In this document: one piece after another, positions 21,562-28,225 of the stretch
Layout: the number at the start of each line of letters is the position of its first letter
Position numbering within the stretch: position 1 is the stretch's first letter
Origin: Tubiluchus corallicola
Lineage: Eukaryota > Animalia > Priapulida
Length of the DNA: 28,225 nucleotides
Assembly: GCA_030141605.1 (NCBI GenBank)
Contig: JAQGDQ010001714.1
Coordinates: forward strand, 1 to 28,225
Direction: 5' to 3'
Translations under genes and position numbers: made by a program
Notes under the pieces: model-generated
What the model was told of the DNA's origin: nothing
Database searches by the model: none
Seen by the model: the letters and a program-made list of their open reading frames with translations, nothing else

Positions 21562-23798
21562 ACCTTATAATAATAATAATAATGAACTGCTGGAAAAAGA
21601 TTTAAATATTACAAGGCCTAAACTAGCCGTGACAAGGTTTTAAACAAATTAAAGAAAAACAGAACAAAGAAAGAAAGTGGAGAGACCGATACCTAACTTG
21701 CCATATAGCGGGTAGTAAGAGAGCTCTAGGTCTGATAGAAGAAACACAAGCACAAGAATCACCAACTCAGCACGACCCGATTACCACTGTAGCTCCAAAG
21801 TACAGCAGGTTTTTACCCTCCCTTTACAACCTTCCCCAAAGTGTACATGTCAGAGCCAAAATAAATCCTGATTGGTTGAAACCAAAAGGTGTGAAGATTT
21901 AACCAAGAAGAATCGAAATATTTGTAAAAGAATAATTTAGAAGACCTAGGTTTGAACTACTGGTACTTTTAGGGGTGACACGCAACACTAGTTTGGTAAC
22001 GATGCTATACTTTGGAATAAAAGTAGAAGTTGGGCAGAGTGGGTCGCCCAAGCGCATGCGTTATACTAATAATAATAAAATTCCTTAATTAAAGTATCAA
22101 AATTACACATCAGAAAACTACACATTCAAAATTGAACGTATAATCAATGTTTCCACTGCTGTGAGCAACAGTGTTATGCAATAAAATGAATTTACATTTA
22201 AAAATGCAAGTAAGATTGTAATTAATTCCATAAGGACATAAAACATTACGTTTCATTTCACACAGATCAAAGTATTTAACACATTTATAATGTTTAAAAA
22301 TGCTAAAGATGTGAAATTGAAATCGGGTAGTTGATTGGTGTTTCGAAGTGGTGAAGTTTTTGTGTGCAGTGGACGTTAATTTGTGACGTGATGTAAATAC
22401 ATCAGGTACCCAGACTACTGGATGAACGTCGATAATGTTAGGGGGTGAAATGCCATTTACTTTCGACCACACCTCTGCATTGTGATGGACTCGTCCGTGC
22501 GAAGCCGTTGAATACCAGGTATAAATCGCTATAGTATGGCTTCGTTGATTCAGTAAGTGAACGTGCCAGGTGCATTTAGCAGCTAAGCACCTGTTCCGTA
22601 ATTGCAACCAGCATGAGAGACATGTGATCGAAGTCTGGCAGTTTCGACCTAAACATTTCCTGTTCAATTCGTATTTTATGCCGTCTCTACTGGTTGTATG
22701 GTTAAGATTGCAACAATCCAGTATCGAACCCTCGACCGCTTGGTCGCCATCATTACAATAATAATAGTAATAATAAAAAGGGTTTTCATATCAGTTTTTT
22801 GAAGGCTAGTACAGTATTTTTCAGTTCATTTTTGAATTTTTTTAGACTCGCTGCAGATTTTACATTAAGTGGGCATGCATTCTATGTATTTATTGCCACT
22901 TGTTTACAAAGAGAATTATTAGCAAACAGAACAACGAAAAATAAGACTTTCACAGTTTCGTTGTGCTCATGCGCCGTTCCTGTAGGTCAAAGGTTAAGTG
23001 TACCACAGCAACGGTTCTAAACTACAACCGTCACATGACATGTGGTAAAGCAACGCTGTCTATCACATCAGTTCAGTAACTTCAGTTTTACGTGGTATTT
23101 ACTTAATTGTGTGTTTGTCTGTGCATAGACTTGCAGTTTCTTACTTGGAAAGAAGAAAAATGAACTAGGTAAAGTTCTAATGCTAACTGTTAAAACTGTT
23201 ACTATTACAACAGCAAGGGCTGCGAGGCAAATGCGTTGTCTGGTACACTTAATCTTTGACCTTTTTATGAGCATTATCAATCACTGAAACTGTGAAGAGG
23301 CTTATTGTAAGCAAACAGAAGAATGAACAGGAATTGGAACTACTTATTATTCAAATATTAAGCACAAGAAACTTTAATTACTACAAAATGTTCCACTTCC
23401 ACTGGTATTTGTAGAACAGGGACACTTCAAGATCTTGCATTAAGCAGGACTTCATCAATTCAGCCCTCACACATACACACACGCACGCACGCACGTGCGC
23501 ACACACACACACACACACGACCTTAGATAACCACTTGGTACGAAAGGACATATATATTTATAATCTTTCTCGACGTCTCGTGCACGAATTTCCCGGACGA
23601 ATTTGATTGGTTAGGGTTGAACAAAGAATCCAAAGTGGGCCAATCCGAAAAGACCATTATTTGAATGAATGCAATGTTTATAAGACTATCCTGCCAATAC
23701 TCTAAAACAGGGTTAGCGACCGGCAGAACACACATGTAAACACAAAGAATGATGTTACATTTACCAATTGGAAATAATAAGAAGCAGTTCATATTTAC

Positions 23799-23839
23799 CA
23801 CTACATTGGCTTGCTGTGGTTGCTGCGTATATTGGGCTT
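23799..23839 (-). CDS. CD225/dispanin-family protein, probable upstream 41-nt exon
   Basis: Acceptor CTTTTTGTAATTTCAG| and donor GTG|GTAAAT; phase 1/0, xAQYTQQPQQANVV, in frame with VVQASPP; fits the low-complexity N-termini of dispanins. Confidence 0.7.
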
Positions 23840-23919
23840 CTGAAATTACAAAAAGATTAAAACTTTCATAGGGAAAAACAGAAAAACAATGTCAGAACTT
23901 TAGGAACATTTTGCGCGTA

Positions 23920-24016
23920 CAGCAAGTGCTCGCTTAAAGACGCTAATGTGTTTCGGCAAAACGCGTCATTAAGCGAAACGTCGCTAAGCGAGGCGTCGTT
24001 AAGCGAGGACTTACTG
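23920..24016. mobile_element. Very small (97-bp) Tigger-like MITE
   Basis: TA|CAGCAAGTGCTCGCTTAAAGACGC...GCGTCGTTAAGCGAGGACTTACTG|TA; internal TAAGCGA repeats. Confidence 0.85.
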
Positions 24017-25062
24017 TATTTCGCAATAAACTTCAGCATCAGCAAACATTTCGTGAACGTAGATCGTAAGACCTACTTGCACACGTGCTGACATACTATC
24101 AACTATGGTTGTCAACTTTTATTGTAAACTACAAATGTAGTGTATGTCTCACTATCATTCAAATGAAGTTTTCAAGCATTTCGTGAACATCAGGACTGAA
24201 GCATCTCTTTTGTACATGCTTTTATAATTCGAGCTGTGACTCTATTGATTTTTAAAAAGCTAGAAAACTTTCCAAGATTAGTAATATTTGTACCACATTT
24301 TCCAATTCAGTTTGGCAACAAAGTTGACAGTGTGTCAGACGAATATGAGCACATACTAAATGAACAAAAGATTTTGCAAAGATTAAAGTGATTTCCTAAT
24401 GAGAAATGCTTGACTTGGATTTCAGACGAAATGACCAGTATGTCTATGTCCAGTAAAACGTGTAACGTAGCTAATATATCACATAAGCAGCTGCAGCAAT
24501 TTTGGCACCCATCCTAAAATCCTAAAGAGAGTGATGTCACTGGTATTTTAAGCACCAAATGCGTATTGCTTGACCTTAAAATTCTGTATTTAGACAACAA
24601 AATCACCATTTTATCATCTGTAACAGTTAAGACATGGTTTTCATAAGCTAGCGACAGCGAAACTTGTCGGCCATATTGATGATTTTCGTTTAGCCCCGTT
24701 TCTAGACTTAATCACCCTAAGATGTGCAGTTTTATGCTTTTAGGCTGAGTTTATATGCTGCCACTGTCCTGCCGTTCATGACTGGGACCTGGACCCCGCA
24801 AAACATACAACTATGTGCATAAAATTTCAACAATACGTGATTCTAAATTAAGAGGTACGAATTAATTTTGCTAAGAATTAAAGTATTCAATCAGCACTGT
24901 GATATATATGTAGATGTGTTTGTTATAAATTATGGTGGTTTTCAATCAAAAACGCTTAAAATGAGTCCTGTATTTGTAGGAACGTATTCCTGTAAGCGTT
25001 GTTTATTTAAGTGTGTGATTTGTTAATAGTACTTGTGTTTACGTTTTGAAATAAAGCATTCA

Positions 25063-25327
25063 TTATTATTATTGTTGTTGTTGTTATTGTTATTGCTATT
25101 ATTATTATTACTATTATTATTATTATTATTATTATTGTTGTTGTTGTTGTTTTTGTTGTTGCTGTTGTTGTTATTGTTATTGTTATTGCTATTACTATTA
25201 TTACTATTATTATTGTTATTATTATTGTTGTTGTTGTTGTTGCTGTTGTTGTTGTTGTTATTGTTATTGCTATTATTATTATTACTATTGTTATTATTAT
25301 TGTTTTTGTTGTTGTTTTTGTTGTTGG

Positions 25328-25388
<61 letters not shown>
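25063..25388. repeat. (TTA)n/(TTG)n microsatellite
   Basis: Direct reading; explains the poly-Leu ORF. Confidence 0.98.
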
Positions 25389-25392
<4 letters not shown>

Positions 25393-26161
25393 CATCAGCT
25401 CTATGCTAATTGAAAAGCAATAAAAAAAAGGTGATCTCTTCGCCTTGAAAAAGATGTACATTCCACAAATACTGGCGCCGGACGAACCGACCTACCAGTT
25501 CAGTCGTTGGTGTGAAAACCACAGCTTTCGTCGCCACAGCGCATGTGTGTAAGAGTGGTTGTAAGCCTCAAAATTCGCAACTTCGTGATGCCAAACTGAT
25601 TAGCCAAGACAGAATCAAGTGCTTGTAGTAAGGCTACAGTGGAATTGCAGGAAAATTCCCACTTGACGTTTCATGTCTTTCACCATATGTTTGCTGTTGT
25701 TATCTCGTACAGCAGCCAAGCGTGTTTAGAGGGGTCGTAGTGGCGAGAGCTTTTTATAGACCTCATGAAACGTTCAGTTTTTCTTCCAGTATCAGGCGTG
25801 CCAGGATTAGATTTTGTAAAGCATTCTCTGCAGCAATCCGTTATTACATTTATAACACTCTTAAAGGAAGACCAGACGATTGTTTTGGCTCAATCTCGTT
25901 TTAATTTGCTGTCCAAAATATACATTTTCTTACCAATAAAAGTTAACAAATGAAATTAACTATTTAATTTAACAAAATAGTTTCTAAGTGGACAACGTGC
26001 GTTTGAACTTTCTGCAAATCTTGAGAATTTCTTAACTTAAAGGAAAGGTCAAGCCTTCTAGAAAGTTGAGTTTATTTCAATGTTCAGGCAAAAAACGTTA
26101 GAAGGATTTAGTAATAAACGTGTGATAAGCACCTGGTGTAATTACTCCTAATTAAGTAAAA

Positions 26162-26281
26162 GACTACGGCCATATCACGTTGAAAACACCGGTTCTCGTC
26201 TGACCACCAAAGTTAAGCAACGTAGAGCCTGGTTAGTACTTGGATGGGTGACCGCCTAGGAATACCAGGTGCTGTAGGCTT
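26162..26281 (+). rRNA. 5S rRNA-derived sequence (head of a SINE or pseudogene, not a canonical 5S gene)
   Basis: Full-length 5S-like GACTACGGCCATATCACGTTGAAAACACCGGTTCTCGTC...AGTTAAGC...GGTTAGTACTTGGATGGGTGACCGCC...GAATACCAGGTGCTGTAGGCTT; several substitutions versus typical animal 5S, single copy, no oligo-T Pol III terminator directly after it. Confidence 0.9.
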
Positions 26282-26696
26282 GCGAGATGCCCACACTGTA
26301 TCTCCACGCTAGGCGGAGGAGCTGCACAAGCAGCCAACGACTAGAGGGCGGAGGAGGTCAAGCAACCCAACGGCCATATGTAGAGGAGTAAACCTTCCAA
26401 ATCAGGAGTGGAGCCCCAAACCAGTGCAGCATGCTCACTGACTCCGGCAGCTCCTGCAGCCAACGTGGTGCCAAACATATCGCTTTCCTTTGGACTACAC
26501 CAGGGAGGAAGAGAGTGGGTTCCTGTTGTCTGGGTAACTCGGGATCTTCATACACCTTGTCCAGGCGTGCACCCTGGAGACGTTCAAGGATCGCACTGCT
26601 CAGCCACAGTCGACGCACCAGCTCCATCAATGTGATCAATAACTGACTCTCTTGGCGTACACTCCATTGTCTTCCGAGACAAAAGGATGCCAACCA
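26162..26696 (+). mobile_element. 5S rRNA-headed, RTE-derived bipartite SINE (SINE3-type)
   Basis: 5S head runs into a GC-rich body resembling RTE 5' regions (GGAGTAAACC...GGAGTGGAGCCCC...TCCGGCAGCTCCTGCAGCCAA...GGTGCCAAAC...TTCCTTTGGAC), then RSRIALLSHSRR (RTE ORF C-terminus SRIGLxSHxR) and an RTE-like tail CTCCATTGTCTTCCGAGACAAAAGGATGCCAAC. Confidence 0.75.
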
Positions 26697-27291
26697 TAAA
26701 TTTCTCTTTTGGGCACTCCCACTTTGAGCGCCTATTCTTCCACCAATGACCCAATGAGGTTGAAGAAACCCAGTTTTACTGTCAATTTCCATCAATAGTT
26801 TAATAAGTTTTCACAAGAATTAGACATTTTTGCATGAACATTAGGTAAGCTGCAGAACTTTGAATTACTTTAAGCACCGTGCCCTTATCGCACGGAAATC
26901 CACGAGTTTCGTCATCATTTTCAAGTATGGCGGCTACTATGAGATATTCTACACAGGGGCAGTGTAAATTAACTTTAGACTTTATAGACAGTTTTTTTAC
27001 ATTTCTTTGTTATATTTATCTAAGTTATGTGATAACAGCAAAACAAACAAAACAAAGTTTTTTTTTATTTAAACAAGATGGCTAAATGACTTATTGTTTC
27101 CTTTAAATAGAAAAACTTCTGGCACGTAATAAAAACATAAATATGCTTTAAACTTGGGCCTTTATTTAACATTCTTCACTTTAATCCTGGTTCAGTGGAC
27201 TAAGTATCCATTTTAACCTACAGGGGAGTGACTTATAACGCTTGTATTCGAGTAAAATTCGAACTTTAATATCCACAATTACACAAGTAAC

Positions 27292-27612
27292 TTGGATATC
27301 AATAAATGCATCAATAATATTAACACGCCCTTCGTCAAAAATAAGCTTCCACTCCTCTTGGAGCCAACATTAAATCCAAGAAGACACAATATTAAACAAA
27401 TACGCACTAATAACAAATACGGCAACAATTCTATAACTAAACAAGGAGTTCAACTTTGGAATACCCTGCCATCAAATTTAAAACAAATCAAGTCTCTCGA
27501 CGAATTCAAATCAAAATTAAAAATACATACATTAAATCGTTTTGAAAACCCTACATACGTAAACGATAATATATATTCATCCGCAAATTTCATTTACCCA
27601 CGTCCATTTTAA
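27292..27612 (+). mobile_element. 3' fragment of a LINE (L2/Crack/CR1-group) reverse-transcriptase ORF
   Basis: RTNNKYGNNSITKQGVQLWNTLPSNLKQIKSLDEFKSKLK matches the recalled G..LWN.LP..IK...SL..FK..LK C-terminal motif of these LINEs. Confidence 0.8.
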
Positions 27613-28131
27613 ATTGTATGTATAATGTCCCACACATCCCATAAAATAGACTAACCTGACTGTTCAGAGCACAGGTGAGTAAAACAGACAGGTGACTAGC
27701 AGGTAACAAACTGAAAAACTGCCCAAAACCAAAAGCTTTACATTCCCGCCACAGATGGCGCCTCGTGCACGAATTTGTAAGCGAGATTAACAAAAAAATA
27801 GCCAAGTCTGCTACAATATGTAACTCCTAATTAACAACGATCATGGCAAAGCAACTTCTAAAACCACATTAGTTAAAAAAAACAATCTTGTTAAAAGATA
27901 GAATGTAATTAAAAACCGCATTGCTTAGCTAAAATCACCTTAAAACAGAACGTAAGTTAGAGCCACGGGTATTAAGATCACGCCGAAGTATAACTAGAAC
28001 GATATTAAATTTAATTAAAACCTGAATCACATTGGAGCAAAATTATGAGCACCAATCTATCCTAATGAATATTTCCATTGTCTAACGCTGCGTGACGCTG
28101 ACGTGTTTAACACCCGCCTGAACGGGGTAAG

Positions 28132-28225
28132 CAGGGCCTATTTCAGGGGGGGGAGTGGGGATACTTCTCCGGGGCCTCACCCTCCAGGGGGGCCTCGCGC
28201 CAAGGTAACATTTTTTTGCTCTATG
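28132..28225. mobile_element. Probable left end of a hAT-type MITE, truncated by the window edge
   Basis: CAGGGCCTATTTCAGGGGGGG...GGGGCCTC...GGGGGGCCTC: CAGGG terminus and GGGCC subterminal motifs; other end not visible. Confidence 0.4.

Larger units (their letters stand above)
26041..27102. mobile_element. Second Kolobok-like TTAA element, interrupted by the 5S-derived retroposon
   Basis: TTAA|AGGAAAGGTCAAGCC...GACTTATTGTTTCCT|TTAA; offset internal inverted repeat AATGTTCAGGCAAAAA (~26079) / TTTTTGCATGAACATT (~26827-26842). Confidence 0.6.

Noticed and set aside
21690-21745. Extra dispanin exon on the minus strand (TCTATCAG|...|GTATCG)
   Set aside because: Contains an in-frame TAG in the required phase 0 and has a weak donor.
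22110-22667. 185-aa minus-strand ORF
   Set aside because: TTG start, no recognisable motif, lies in a dispanin intron.
26162-26281. Functional 5S rRNA gene
   Set aside because: Isolated copy with substitutions, no oligo-T terminator, fused to retroposon-like sequence.
26282-26400. HDV-like ribozyme in the RTE-like 5' region (TCCACGCT resembles loop L3)
   Set aside because: The P3 and P1 helices could not be paired by eye; an Infernal/RNArobo search on a family consensus would be needed.
26358-26795. 145-aa minus-strand ORF
   Set aside because: Antisense to the 5S/RTE element and crosses its boundary; GC-rich sequence gives chance ORFs.

Overview
AT-rich, repeat-dense eukaryotic DNA from an invertebrate animal; the 5S rRNA-type sequence resembles lophotrochozoan (mollusc-like) 5S from recall. 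It is not prokaryotic, and most ORF-track entries are artefacts of micro- and minisatellites. One intact spliced gene is missed by the ORF track: three minus-strand exons (23839-23799, 20600-20499, 18558-18361) join in frame to encode a CD225/dispanin (IFITM/PRRT1-like) membrane protein. Its first exon was not located. A plus-strand BTB-BACK (BTBD1/2/3/6-like) gene at 13396-~14310 is frameshifted and looks like a pseudogene. A minus-strand ORF with four 40-aa repeats (3287-3767) shows clustered synonymous changes. The rest is a mosaic of non-autonomous transposons (Kolobok-like, pogo/Tigger-like, hAT, PIF/Harbinger), several nested, plus a solo LTR carrying heat-shock elements, a LINE 3' fragment, a tRNA-derived head and many tandem arrays. 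The most unusual element is a 5S rRNA head fused to RTE retrotransposon 5' and 3' segments (a 5S-derived, SINE3-type bipartite retroposon) inserted in a Kolobok-like element. Family assignments rest on recalled motifs, not database searches.
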